DNA of 64,000 nucleotides, from the IMG/VR virus record IMGVR_UViG_3300031413_000003, positions 1-64,000 of that record; one strand, 5' to 3'. Both the position numbers and the translations under genes were made by a program. This stretch comes from a virus. Shown one piece after another: positions 18,342-28,362 of the stretch (positions are counted from its first letter, which is position 1; each line of letters begins with the position of its first letter). The notes under the pieces were generated by a model that did no database searches, was not told the DNA's origin, and was given only the letters and a program-made list of their open reading frames with translations.

Positions 18342-20943
18342 TGCGACTCACCTCGAAATAACCTTCAATGCTCAGTACACCGCGCAAATAAAGGTCATTG
18401 ACTTGTTTAAGGAACGTGAACTCATTGCTCTTCACGACCATGGTTTTCTGGTTGGCATACGGCAGGATACCGAAGTAACGCAAATCGTATTTCAACACAA
18501 CGGGGTCATACGGCAACCACCACTTATAGATCTCCACCAGATCACTGACCACCTGATCGCTATAGAACTCTTCGCTGTCAGGTTTATCCGGCACCACCAA
18601 CACACCGTTGTCGATAGCGTTGACCACCACGTTCATAAACGGACTGTACAACAACCATTTCTCAGGCATGTTGTAGTCCACAGAGATCGTAGGCTTCTGG
18701 GCATACTCGGTCAGGTAATCGATCACCCGTTTATCGGTTTCACGACTACGCTGGTACAAGTAGTGGAAATCAAAGTCCTGGACATTCTTCACCGGGGTAT
18801 AGGTATGTTTCACCATGTACGGCAAACCATTAAGCGGATTGCTGTAGTCATCCGGTGTGTCTGTCTCGGCGCTTTTCAACTCACTCAGTAACTTGAGCTG
18901 ACCACCCACGATGATGCGTGTAGCACGATCTTCACGGATGTTGTAGCGCGCTTGGTTACCAATCACACCACCCTCAACGTAGCCCAGCTCTAACTCCTGC
19001 TTGGGTTTCGTCATGTCGGTGTGTTGCCCCGTACAGCGCACGATAATGGTCTGAGGACCATCGACCAGGAACTGTTTGTTGTTGATAAAGATACGACGGT
19101 CACGGAACAACCAGTCCACTTCATCAATCAACGGATGGTTATTCAACCACACATCAATCTGGGCAAAGTTCAGCGGCAAGTTACCTGACACCGTTTCATA
19201 CAGATCGTCGAGACTAAAGCACAGGGAGTGATCCATGTGGTCCAGTTGGAACTCGCGGCACAGGAACATGTCGTCATAAACAACAATCCCGCGCTGGTTC
19301 ACTTTATCCAGTTTATCCCACACCAGCGTTTTACCGTCGAGATGATAGAAGTCGGTACCGGTACGCTGTGTCAACGGTCCAATAATCTTGGCCGTGGTAA
19401 AGCTGTACGCAGAGGAATAAACGTGGAACTCACCGGTGGTAGGGAGCTGTACGTCTTGGTTAACGATCTGGTAATTCAGTTTACGTGCCGGTTGGCCGTA
19501 GGTGAACTCCAGTTTGGCGCAGCCTGGGAAACGCGGATACAGGTGAGTAGAACCGGTACGCCAGTAATAACCCAACAGTTTACCTACTGCGTCGTATTCC
19601 CATACCGTAGAGGTTTCCTGGTAAGTAGGAGGAATCAAGACTCCCCGACTTCCCGCTTCGTAGGCTGCAGAGATAGGTGTTGCACTTACTGCCAACGTCT
19701 CCGCATTATAACCCAGTGCCAGGTTAACCGATTCCGCCGTAATGTCTTTCCATTGACTACGGATAAAGGACATCACCGGACCGCTCTCTAATTCAGGCGC
19801 CGCCCACTCAGGCATAACCGAACGTTCACCCGTCATCGCTTTCAGGATGTCACCGTCACTTAAACGGTAGAGATGATGCAGACGCTGATGTTCCCACGGC
19901 AGGTCAAAGGTCCAGTTGGTTTTACGCTGCAGCACCATGATGCGCGCAGTAGCGATATCCCGTAAACTGTCCATGGCTTCCATATGACCCTTGAGCTGAC
20001 TGACACTCACGGCCACATCCGCATGGGTTAATTGACGACAGGCACTCTCGACGTTGCGATGGTAATAAACTCCATCACCGTTACCGTCAACAAAGTAATA
20101 GTCGTTGTCATCAAACCAGCGCATTTGGAAACTGCCATCTTTCGGCGGATGCAGGATAAACTTACGCTGTTTATCCAGGTCGGAATAATAATCCTTGAGG
20201 TCAGCGTAGTTGTAGTACAACACACGTTCAACCGTGGGATCATGCCAGAACTCGACCAAATCACCGACCTTTAAGTCCGCTGCTTCTGGAAACAGTTTGC
20301 GATAGATGCCGTTGACAAAGACCCCGGTAAAACCTGCACGGGCTTTCACCGTTGAGAACCGCAGCTTAAAGCGACCGTACTCAGTGGTGTTCTCATACGT
20401 CATGCTTTCCATCACGTACGGATTGCCCTTGTCATCCATGGCGTCAGTTGACCGGGTAATGTCCAGGTCAGTACTGTAGCAGCGGAAGTGCATGTCGTCG
20501 TTCACGGTAATGCGCGTGCTGTCGATTTGCTCAAAGGCAATCAACACCAAACCATCTTGCGTAAACAACACCCAGGTCTTGGTACGAGGAAATTGCTTTC
20601 CTAATCCCGTGTAGAAATCCAGTTGAACGCCACGACGTTTTGCTATAATAGACGCGTTGGTCCAGACGTTAATTGGATTAGAGGTTTTAAAGCGCGCACC
20701 TAAGTTCCAGATGCCGGGATGGGTACCTGCAACAGAATAGATGTGGAAACGCTTGTTAACCTGTGGGGTCTTACGATGCGAACCCATGTAACCAAAGCTG
20801 TTAATAGCTCCGATGTCAGGCGTGACGCGCCAGATCTTTACCTGGAACTGTTTGTCATGTTCCGGGTTAGACCACAACGCACGCACTGCATAGTCCATGG
20901 CAGGGTTAAACGCCGTATCACCCAAAGCAGTTGTTTGTGCCAT
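18334..20943 (-). CDS. Virion structural (baseplate-associated) protein, phiKZ gp27-like
   Basis: 869 aa; synteny. Confidence 0.65.
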   Translation of the reverse strand: MAQTTALGDTAFNPAMDYAVRALWSNPEHDKQFQVKIWRVTPDIGAINSFGYMGSHRKTPQVNKRFHIYSVAGTHPGIWNLGARFKTSNPINVWTNASIIAKRRGVQLDFYTGLGKQFPRTKTWVLFTQDGLVLIAFEQIDSTRITVNDDMHFRCYSTDLDITRSTDAMDDKGNPYVMESMTYENTTEYGRFKLRFSTVKARAGFTGVFVNGIYRKLFPEAADLKVGDLVEFWHDPTVERVLYYNYADLKDYYSDLDKQRKFILHPPKDGSFQMRWFDDNDYYFVDGNGDGVYYHRNVESACRQLTHADVAVSVSQLKGHMEAMDSLRDIATARIMVLQRKTNWTFDLPWEHQRLHHLYRLSDGDILKAMTGERSVMPEWAAPELESGPVMSFIRSQWKDITAESVNLALGYNAETLAVSATPISAAYEAGSRGVLIPPTYQETSTVWEYDAVGKLLGYYWRTGSTHLYPRFPGCAKLEFTYGQPARKLNYQIVNQDVQLPTTGEFHVYSSAYSFTTAKIIGPLTQRTGTDFYHLDGKTLVWDKLDKVNQRGIVVYDDMFLCREFQLDHMDHSLCFSLDDLYETVSGNLPLNFAQIDVWLNNHPLIDEVDWLFRDRRIFINNKQFLVDGPQTIIVRCTGQHTDMTKPKQELELGYVEGGVIGNQARYNIREDRATRIIVGGQLKLLSELKSAETDTPDDYSNPLNGLPYMVKHTYTPVKNVQDFDFHYLYQRSRETDKRVIDYLTEYAQKPTISVDYNMPEKWLLYSPFMNVVVNAIDNGVLVVPDKPDSEEFYSDQVVSDLVEIYKWWLPYDPVVLKYDLRYFGILPYANQKTMVVKSNEFTFLKQVNDLYLRGVLSIEGYFEVSRNV

Positions 20944-20953
20944 GGCTGTTACC

Positions 20954-21838
20954 TTAATTCACAGGGGACAGATCGTAGTTATACGAAATAGTGCGAATGA
21001 ACCCGTCAACCAATTCACGGTTATATTTCGGATCCAGCTGAACCCCAATAGGAGTCTTTGAATACAGCTTGTGTTTGCACGCCGCATACACGAAACCGAT
21101 CATCAGGAACGGACTTTCCAACATCACCGCTACCGCACGTTTACCGATCCCGATAAAGCTCAGAGTCGACCCCACTGCAATGAATTCCAACAGCGTTAAG
21201 TTCTTGAGTTTAAACAGGGAAGGTTCAGTTTTGATTGCGTTAACAACCGCCGCTGTGTCATGCAGGAAACCAATGTCATCAATGATGCGCTGGCTGAAGT
21301 TGTTGTCGATACGGAATACCGACTTGATGGCGTTGGCACTGACGTAACCGGTTTCCGCAGTATCACCTTCAAACGTACAGTTCACAAAGTGACCCAACAG
21401 GATTTGCAGCGTCTGACGTTCTTCCAGATCCAGGCCTTTACTGAAACCCAGTTTATCAGCCAGTCCACCTGCTACGGCTTTCATACAGATAAACTTGCTG
21501 GACAGCAGAATAGAGCGGTCACCCTGAATAGCGTCTTGCTGAGTGTAGGCAGTTAAGCGAATGATGTTCAATTCACTTTCACTGAGCACACGGTTATTCT
21601 TGTCGCGGAAAGGGCGTTCATCATAAACGGTGATGTTCGCTTTATCGTAACCGGTCAAAGTAATAGGAAGTGGGAACTGCGGCATGTTTGCAGCGTTACT
21701 CACGTTGATAGTAAACACACCCGGCTTAGTGGTAGGAATGAGATCCTGGCGGAGCGCCAACATCTTAATCGTTTCCCCGATGTTCTCCTGGATTTTTAAC
21801 GGTTTCCCTACCAGGGTATCATAACCGTTGATAAGCAT
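20954..21838 (-). CDS. Virion structural protein, phiKZ gp28-like
   Basis: 294 aa, divergent from sheath; synteny. Confidence 0.6.
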   Translation of the reverse strand: MLINGYDTLVGKPLKIQENIGETIKMLALRQDLIPTTKPGVFTINVSNAANMPQFPLPITLTGYDKANITVYDERPFRDKNNRVLSESELNIIRLTAYTQQDAIQGDRSILLSSKFICMKAVAGGLADKLGFSKGLDLEERQTLQILLGHFVNCTFEGDTAETGYVSANAIKSVFRIDNNFSQRIIDDIGFLHDTAAVVNAIKTEPSLFKLKNLTLLEFIAVGSTLSFIGIGKRAVAVMLESPFLMIGFVYAACKHKLYSKTPIGVQLDPKYNRELVDGFIRTISYNYDLSPVN

Positions 21839-21973
21839 GTGAGGCTCCTAAATAGAATGTTATGTGCCATGAAATAACACAAGTGTAAGGTCTATAAGCT
21901 ATTACATACGATTGTTTTCTGGTAAACGTCGACGCGTATTTTTTGATCAAAAAATCCTTATGAGGTAAAATCG

Positions 21974-24121
21974 ATGACTACGACTCTTTCCGTCGTACCG
22001 GGGAAGGTGGAAAATAACGGTATTCGCGATATCAGCATCCCTGATTATCAAGCCGTTTCTCCATCAACTCCGATTCATCTTCCGGTTGTCCATATGGTCC
22101 TTCCGAAGGGTGAATTAGGTACCCAGTTCATTTCTCTGTCACAGCTCACTGCGCGTTATGGCAATGTGTTCTCTGACAACTCCCTGTATTACAACCCGAA
22201 CGCCGTGCTGCTGAAACAGCTCTCGCTGGGTGGTCAGGGTCGCGTTGGCATCCGTCGTCTGACGGCTAACGAAGTCGTAGCACGTATTCCGCTGAGCGCC
22301 TATGTTCAGAAGAAAAGCATGCCGACTTACGAGCGTGATTCTACCGGTCAGTTCAAACTGGACAAAGACGGTAACCGCATCCCGACCGGCACTGTTGATA
22401 AGCTGTACATCTCGATCAAGATCGATGACTCAGCCAAAACTGCTCTGCCAGGCGAACTGAAGCAGCGCACCATCGCAGGTGCTACCGAAGCAGATCCAGA
22501 GACGCACGTGTTGCCTCTGTTTGAACTGCCAGCGGGTGTGGGCGATGCCTACAACAAAAGCGGTATCAACTTCGGCGTATTCGGCAGCAATGTCCAGCGT
22601 CAGAACATCGCGAAATTCGTTAGCGCGACCGGTGTCTATCCGTTCACTCTGCGTATGTTCGAGAACGATAAGAACAACAACCGTGTGTACTCCAACACTG
22701 TTGCCGGTGGCGATACTGCACAAGTAACGCTGTTCGACACCGAGTACAACGACACCAAGTACTCACTGAAGCGTGGTGTGCAGGCCTTCTCTGGTCGCAT
22801 TACCAGCAACAGCGACGAACTGCGCCCAACGCCGTTCAAAGAACCAATCGTCTACCAGGACAACATCGAGTTGCTCTGCCAGATGATGTACGCGATGGAG
22901 AAACCTCTGAACACCAACCTGGTGGACACCGGCGCTTACTCCTACCGCCAGATGAACCCGTTCACCTGCGTGGACCACACCGGCGTTCCGTACTACGGTG
23001 CAGAAACCGACGTGGTTGTGCAGTGGGACATGAGCTATGCCATTCAGGCTCAGTTCGGTATTTCTCCGTTCCTGACTGCCGATGGCAAGATGCCAGACTT
23101 CGTAACCAAACCAGCGGTTAACGATCCACTGGGCCTGCTCGCTGGTGTTGAACTGCCAATGACCCAGGCACAGGCATGGGAAATCAACGACAAGTTGACC
23201 CTGGCCGACCTGACTGAATACATCGCGTCTTCTGAACAACAGAACGTGATGGTAAACCGTCAGAGCTTCTGGTGGGATGTGGGTTACTCCATGGAAGTCA
23301 AAGAAAAGGCTGCGGAACTGCTGGGCGTTCGTAAAGACGTTTATGTCATGTTCTGTGGTACTGTCTGGACCGCCGATGGCAAGTACAACCCAGTGGCCGA
23401 CATCTATTCACGCATTACGCAGATCACTTCCATTGCCCGTCTCTTCCCAGAGTCTGACAAATGGGGTACAGCTTCCCTGCGCTTCTCCGTGAACAAGATC
23501 GAAGCGATTCCGAACAGCGAAGACAACGACTGGCCAATGTCTGGTAACCTGGACCTGGCTCAGAAGTGGGCGCAAGCTGGCGGTAACGCAGAAGGCATCT
23601 TCAAAGTGTCTATGTCTCCGGATCACGGTGATTACCGTATCATGGATACCATGCACTCACCGAACATCACGTTCGAAGACGACCTGATCTCTGCGAACGG
23701 TCTGGACATGGGTGCAATCACACTGCGTCCTTACGATTCAGACGGCCGTGTGTTCCGTCCCGCGCTGCCAACTGGCTACGCGACCTCTATCGACTCTGTG
23801 GTAAAAGATCAGGTGCCTGTTGTGATCTGTATCGCCATCGAGAAGATCGCCCAGAGCAAATGGGGTCTGGTCTGCGGCGACACTACACTCAGCGAAGAGA
23901 ACTACGCTGCGCTGGTGAAAGACGCCATTGAGCGTGACGTGCGTGACAACCTCGGTGGTTACGTCAAGGCTAACATCGTTGTGCAGCCGGTTGAAAACGT
24001 CCAGGGTGGTCAGGCTGTGATGAAGGTGATTGCATATACCTACTTCAACAAAGCCAAGTACATGATGGAATTCGATCTGTTCGCGGATAACGTCACCAAC
24101 TACACCGCTGACGCGGCATAA
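21974..24121 (+). CDS. Tail sheath protein (phiKZ gp29-like)
   Basis: 715 aa, strong codon bias, WDVGY and PES..WGT motifs typical of phiKZ-like sheaths, followed by tube gene. Confidence 0.85.
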   Translation: MTTTLSVVPGKVENNGIRDISIPDYQAVSPSTPIHLPVVHMVLPKGELGTQFISLSQLTARYGNVFSDNSLYYNPNAVLLKQLSLGGQGRVGIRRLTANEVVARIPLSAYVQKKSMPTYERDSTGQFKLDKDGNRIPTGTVDKLYISIKIDDSAKTALPGELKQRTIAGATEADPETHVLPLFELPAGVGDAYNKSGINFGVFGSNVQRQNIAKFVSATGVYPFTLRMFENDKNNNRVYSNTVAGGDTAQVTLFDTEYNDTKYSLKRGVQAFSGRITSNSDELRPTPFKEPIVYQDNIELLCQMMYAMEKPLNTNLVDTGAYSYRQMNPFTCVDHTGVPYYGAETDVVVQWDMSYAIQAQFGISPFLTADGKMPDFVTKPAVNDPLGLLAGVELPMTQAQAWEINDKLTLADLTEYIASSEQQNVMVNRQSFWWDVGYSMEVKEKAAELLGVRKDVYVMFCGTVWTADGKYNPVADIYSRITQITSIARLFPESDKWGTASLRFSVNKIEAIPNSEDNDWPMSGNLDLAQKWAQAGGNAEGIFKVSMSPDHGDYRIMDTMHSPNITFEDDLISANGLDMGAITLRPYDSDGRVFRPALPTGYATSIDSVVKDQVPVVICIAIEKIAQSKWGLVCGDTTLSEENYAALVKDAIERDVRDNLGGYVKANIVVQPVENVQGGQAVMKVIAYTYFNKAKYMMEFDLFADNVTNYTADAA

Positions 24122-24139
24122 GGATAAAGGGAAACTGTT

Positions 24140-25039
24140 ATGGCAGATTCTAACTACATCCATCGCACGAACGACACGCTGCTTCCCAAGAGCGACCCGT
24201 TTGTTCAGGCGATGGGCCTGCAAAACCGCCCGGTAGTTAACCCGGGCATCGGCGACATCAGTGGCTGGACACACAACGTGTTCGACTACCTGAACGTGCA
24301 GCCGCACATTCAGCAGCAGAGCTGGTGTATCGTTCTGTCTACGCCGAACATCTTCAGCCGTCTCCCGGGTGGAAGCCGCTTGCACTCCATGTGTAAGTCT
24401 TTCTTCGAGAACCGCTCGCTGAAGTTCGAAGGTCTGAGCGACCGTACTGAGTTCGAATTCGCCGACGTCACTTGGACAGGTCACCGTCTGAGCTTCCCGT
24501 CTGGTGCAACGCGTACTCTCGGTCAGGTAACGCACGACACCTACGATCTTGAAGGTGAACCGTACCGTTACATGTTCGAAGCATGGGGTAACTGGGGTAT
24601 GATCAACCCAGACACCGGCATGCCGAATGCGGTTATCCTGCGTGATCCAGGCGATCTCCTGCTGGATGACATCGGTGCAAGCTGCATCTACTTCGATACC
24701 ACTCGTAATGGTAAAGACATCTCCTCTGCACAGCTGATCGTGGGAATGATGCCGGAAACCAAAGTGGCCATCGAAATGCGCCGTGACAAGAACGAAGCGG
24801 GCCAAATGCGTAACATCAGCATGCCGTTCCGTGGCCTGGTGGAATCAAACACCTACGCCGTTCGTGAAATCGCGCGTAAGATGTTGTCTCGTCTGAGCTG
24901 GTACAACCCAGGTTCAGTGCAAGCGCCTTCTGCGTTCATGCAGCGTACGGCTATCCTGGAGTCTATCAAAGATTCTGGTGTAATCGAACACATGCAGACC
25001 GAGTCTCGTAAAGTGGTTGCCCCTAACTACATCGCGTAA
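24140..25039 (+). CDS. Tail tube protein (phiKZ gp30-like)
   Basis: 299 aa directly after sheath; strong codon bias. Confidence 0.8.
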   Translation: MADSNYIHRTNDTLLPKSDPFVQAMGLQNRPVVNPGIGDISGWTHNVFDYLNVQPHIQQQSWCIVLSTPNIFSRLPGGSRLHSMCKSFFENRSLKFEGLSDRTEFEFADVTWTGHRLSFPSGATRTLGQVTHDTYDLEGEPYRYMFEAWGNWGMINPDTGMPNAVILRDPGDLLLDDIGASCIYFDTTRNGKDISSAQLIVGMMPETKVAIEMRRDKNEAGQMRNISMPFRGLVESNTYAVREIARKMLSRLSWYNPGSVQAPSAFMQRTAILESIKDSGVIEHMQTESRKVVAPNYIA

Positions 25040-25059
25040 GACAAAAAAAAATAAATAAT

Positions 25060-25093
25060 ATAACTCTACTACCCTTGCGGGTAGTAGAGTTAT
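25060..25093. terminator. Bidirectional terminator (conserved hairpin family)
   Basis: ATAACTCTACTACCC-TTGC-GGGTAGTAGAGTTAT, flanked by an A run and a T-rich tract. Confidence 0.85.
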
Positions 25094-25300
25094 TTATGTT
25101 GACCAAATGTTTTAAAACATTGATTAGTCACTTTTCTTACTCCAGTGATGGATTAAAGATATTTTTCGATGAAGTGGTGAACAGTCTTAGCGACTACAAC
25201 ACCACCAATGATCATTGCTATTGTCATAACAATCTCCTTAGTAAAATGCCAAAAGATACGCCCACCCAAGTTTCCTCAGGTGAGCCCCAGAACCTTTCAA

Positions 25301-25825
25301 TTAGCGACGCACCAGCGAAGCTTTAGTAGGCACACCCAACATGTCAGGCTTGGCTACGTTGTTCAAAAGCGTCCTCAACATATGTCGGTTCTTACGAATT
25401 GCTTTCAGAACCCTCATATGGTTACAGCGTGGAGCGAACTGCTTAAACTGCTCCAGGTCACGCGTGTAGTAATACAACGCCATAGCGCGCAACAGCTCAA
25501 TAGCGTCACGGCCGTGATCAGCGTACATATCACTGATTTCCACTTTCTCCAACCAACGCATTGCATCACCATAGCTCATGGTCATGGGTAATACGAAAGT
25601 GAAGTGGGTGAAGTTTTTACTGATGGTTGGTGTATGTGCCCGCTCAGAAACAGCAACTTGGGCGCGACGGGTTTTCCAACCATGTTGATAAGTCAGTCGA
25701 ACAAAGGTAGGGAATTGTTCAACGGTAATGCTCAGCGGTTTCCAGGTAAACTTGTAAACCAGTAAAGCGATCAGGGTAGCATAGATTGCAGTTAACAGCA
25801 GGTTCATTACGAAATCATAAGTCAT
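25301..25825 (-). CDS. Membrane-anchored hypothetical early protein
   Basis: AAGGA RBS; N-terminal TM helix. Confidence 0.75.
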   Translation of the reverse strand: MTYDFVMNLLLTAIYATLIALLVYKFTWKPLSITVEQFPTFVRLTYQHGWKTRRAQVAVSERAHTPTISKNFTHFTFVLPMTMSYGDAMRWLEKVEISDMYADHGRDAIELLRAMALYYYTRDLEQFKQFAPRCNHMRVLKAIRKNRHMLRTLLNNVAKPDMLGVPTKASLVRR

Positions 25826-25839
25826 GATTATTATCCTTC

Positions 25840-26301
25840 TTAGTGAGTAGTGCGAGGAGAGGTAAAGACAACGTCGCTTTTAAGCGGTTCGTTAACAACC
25901 AATGCCTGTCTTTCAAAAAGATCAAACCGCGGGAATTCTCTAACCTGCTTTTTGAAATCCATTGGTAAGCCCACCGCTTCATGATAATGACGGATCGCAT
26001 AAGAAATCAACGATGTCATTAGGTCGTTACGGAAGCGAGTGAACACATCGGGCTGGATAACAAAAGTAAATCCACGATAGTTGTTAGCAGTGTCGAATGC
26101 CTGTGCTTTACCGTGGTTAATTGCTGCTTGTAAATCAACGTCATCTTTGTACATCTCTTTGTAACAAACGAAGATGCATTGAGTCAACGTGTTATAAACA
26201 ACACGTACATTACGCATATCGATCACTAGATCTTCTTGATGCAGCAAGTCGATGGTTAAAACCCCATGTGCAATCAAATCTTTATCGGTAACTTGTAACA
26301 T
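25840..26301 (-). CDS. Hypothetical early protein (153 aa)
   Basis: AAGGGG RBS; downstream of an early promoter. Confidence 0.75.
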   Translation of the reverse strand: MLQVTDKDLIAHGVLTIDLLHQEDLVIDMRNVRVVYNTLTQCIFVCYKEMYKDDVDLQAAINHGKAQAFDTANNYRGFTFVIQPDVFTRFRNDLMTSLISYAIRHYHEAVGLPMDFKKQVREFPRFDLFERQALVVNEPLKSDVVFTSPRTTH

Positions 26302-26345
26302 GGTAAACCCCTTAATTAAATAGATTAGTTTGTTTATCTACTTAG

Positions 26346-26367
26346 GTAATATAGGTCTAAGATGAAA
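26346..26367 (-). promoter_or_regulatory. Early promoter
   Basis: Minus strand TTTCATCTTAGACCTATATTAC. Confidence 0.8.
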
Positions 26368-26404
26368 TGTATTCTAAATAGAGAGAAAAAATAAATACCG
26401 GCAA

Positions 26405-26428
26405 ATAAGGTGGCCGAAGCCACCTTAT
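26405..26428 (-). terminator. Intrinsic terminator (UUCG loop)
   Basis: ATAAGGTGGC-CGAA-GCCACCTTAT. Confidence 0.8.
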
Positions 26429-26443
26429 CCGTTTCAGGTTATA

Positions 26444-26887
26444 TTAACCGAAAAGTTTAGCAGCCGCTTCGGCGTTAGACGTTTGCATCTGGTCCTGCCA
26501 TTCGGTCAGCTCGGTCGAGAATACAAAGTCTGCTGCAACAGTGGTCTGACCGTACAGCTCGCCATCACCCATGTCCTGACGAACAATGTGCTGTGCGTTG
26601 ATCGTAACCGCGTCACCCAGATTCAGCGTTGAATCGAAGTTGGTGATTTCGTTGTTGGCTTCATAAGCCTGGCGGCCCAGCTGGGCGTTGACTGCGTTGA
26701 CCTGCGCAGTGGTGTTGTTGATGAAGTCCACGTGCTCTTTCAGTGACACTGGCGTGATGTTTTCCGGATACAGTTCCGGCGGCAGGTTCAGCGTGGCGTG
26801 TGCAGATACGTCGGAAACCTCAGCAGTATCCAGCAGGTTAGTGATACCGGTTTCCATCATTTCATCAAAGTTTACAATTGCAGACAT
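26444..26887 (-). CDS. Acidic hypothetical early protein with high-expression codon usage
   Basis: Has its own promoter and terminator; AGGA RBS; strongly biased codons. Confidence 0.8.
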   Translation of the reverse strand: MSAIVNFDEMMETGITNLLDTAEVSDVSAHATLNLPPELYPENITPVSLKEHVDFINNTTAQVNAVNAQLGRQAYEANNEITNFDSTLNLGDAVTINAQHIVRQDMGDGELYGQTTVAADFVFSTELTEWQDQMQTSNAEAAAKLFG

Positions 26888-26968
26888 CGTGATTTCCTAT
26901 TGTTGAGAAGGACTAAAGAAAGGAGTAGCATATGCATCTCCTCGAACTGGGGTTCTTGTTTCAGTTAA

Positions 26969-26990
26969 GTAATATAGGTGTGAAATATTT
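26969..26990 (-). promoter_or_regulatory. Early promoter
   Basis: Minus strand AAATATTTCACACCTATATTAC. Confidence 0.75.
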
Positions 26991-27036
26991 TTGGCGGCAC
27001 TTAGTAATAGATAGGTATTTCAACAAAAAATAAATA

Positions 27037-27072
27037 AAGAGACACCTCTGCCCGAAGGCAGAAGTGTTCTTG
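27037..27072 (-). terminator. Intrinsic terminator (UUCG loop)
   Basis: ACACCTCTGCC-CGAA-GGCAGAAGTGT with T tract on minus. Confidence 0.75.
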
Positions 27073-27073
27073 T

Positions 27074-27502
27074 TTAAGGACGGAAGATACCGGATGTGGC
27101 TTTGGCGTTATCGAGCTTGTTCACTGTTTTGGTCAGATCACAATCGTAAGTGTCGCCTTGCTCATTGTCGGTCATGATCAGGAACTGAGCACGATCCATG
27201 AGCTTGCCATGCATGTAGCTGATCGAGTACTGGGTGTCACCTTCGAGGATGTCCAGACCATCAACCACAGTGCCGTCTACTGCTTGCACGTTGCTCACAC
27301 CGGTTTCCATGAGTGAGCTAGCGACTTTCTCTTGCTTGCCATTGGCATCGGTAAATACAATCTTTACCTGACGAGAATCGCGAGTAGCTTTAACAGAACC
27401 ACCTTGCTCGAACTTGCATTCAAACAGCGAGGTATCTTTCGCCATTGCATTACCCATGAAAGCAACAGAACACAGCAGACCGATAAAGAGAGACTTGCGC
27501 AT
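27074..27502 (-). CDS. Secreted/periplasmic protein with Cys pair
   Basis: Signal peptide MRKSLFIGLLCSVAFMGNAMA-KD; FEC...YDC. Confidence 0.75.
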   Translation of the reverse strand: MRKSLFIGLLCSVAFMGNAMAKDTSLFECKFEQGGSVKATRDSRQVKIVFTDANGKQEKVASSLMETGVSNVQAVDGTVVDGLDILEGDTQYSISYMHGKLMDRAQFLIMTDNEQGDTYDCDLTKTVNKLDNAKATSGIFRP

Positions 27503-27544
27503 TTTAAAACCCCTTGATTAAATTAATTAAGTTTATTCATCCAA

Positions 27545-27566
27545 GTAATATAGATCTGAGATAAAC
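27545..27566 (-). promoter_or_regulatory. Early promoter
   Basis: Minus strand GTTTATCTCAGATCTATATTAC. Confidence 0.75.
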
Positions 27567-27679
27567 TGTATTAGAAAATGCAGAAGATCTCTACGACAGT
27601 ACAAAGGAAGGACTTGACCTTGCCCGGTTGTTTGCAACTAGGCAACATCAGTTCTATCTCTTCATCGGTAAGTGGTCGG

Positions 27680-28348
27680 TTACTTTCCTGCGAGTTGGGC
27701 AACTGCGTGGTTGATGAGCTGGTAGATCTCGACACCGTGTGCTGTTCCGATGCTGTTCTGGAGGCATGCATTGATCAGCTCCTCACGCTTGTCGTTGAAG
27801 TCAATCAACAGTAAGTTCTCAACCAGCTCTTCGTGCGTTGGATTCCAGTCTTCCTCCGCCAGATAGTCACCGTTAGCGCTGGCAATGAACTTCGCCAGTA
27901 AACGGGTACGCTCTTCTTTTGAACTCGTGAGGGCCATTGAAACAACAAAAGGATCGAAACACAGCAGGTCGGCTACTACGGCGCGGAACAGTTCTTCATT
28001 GTTCTGGAAACGCAGTGCAGCCATGCGGTAGATTACGCTCTTGCGGTGTTCGGTGTTCAGCGAGTAAGCGCGCTTGGTCATCAGAGACAGCGTCGGGTGA
28101 CGGCTGGTGATAAACAGGTTGCTTAATTGCAGCGCATAGTCAGTAATGGCTGCCGCTTTACTTTCGTTGTTCATTACAACGCCTTCGATCAGGTGTGCGC
28201 CTGATGTAGCGTCGATTGCAGCGTTCCAGAATTTCCGCGAATCATCAAACATGCCTTTCAGCAAGTCAGCGTTACCAATGGCGGAACCCACTTGAGTAAT
28301 CTGATAGATCTCTTGATGTTTCGTCACAGAAAGTTGTGGAAAGTTCAT
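27680..28348 (-). CDS. Hypothetical helical protein
   Basis: ATG 28348 with AAGGA RBS. Confidence 0.75.
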   Translation of the reverse strand: MNFPQLSVTKHQEIYQITQVGSAIGNADLLKGMFDDSRKFWNAAIDATSGAHLIEGVVMNNESKAAAITDYALQLSNLFITSRHPTLSLMTKRAYSLNTEHRKSVIYRMAALRFQNNEELFRAVVADLLCFDPFVVSMALTSSKEERTRLLAKFIASANGDYLAEEDWNPTHEELVENLLLIDFNDKREELINACLQNSIGTAHGVEIYQLINHAVAQLAGK

Positions 28349-28362
28349 GGTTATTTCCTTTA

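Noticed and set aside
23738-24805. 355-aa antisense ORF across the sheath and tube genes
   Set aside because: Shadow ORF produced by strong codon bias of the sense genes; no RBS and no protein-like motif
25075-25591. Plus-strand ORFs after the tail-tube terminator
   Set aside because: They begin within or after a terminator, overlap a better minus-strand gene and lack an RBS
27571-27771. 66-aa ORF overlapping the end of 27680..28348
   Set aside because: No clear RBS and a Ser/Thr-rich off-frame N-terminus; a short real peptide cannot be excluded but is unsupported
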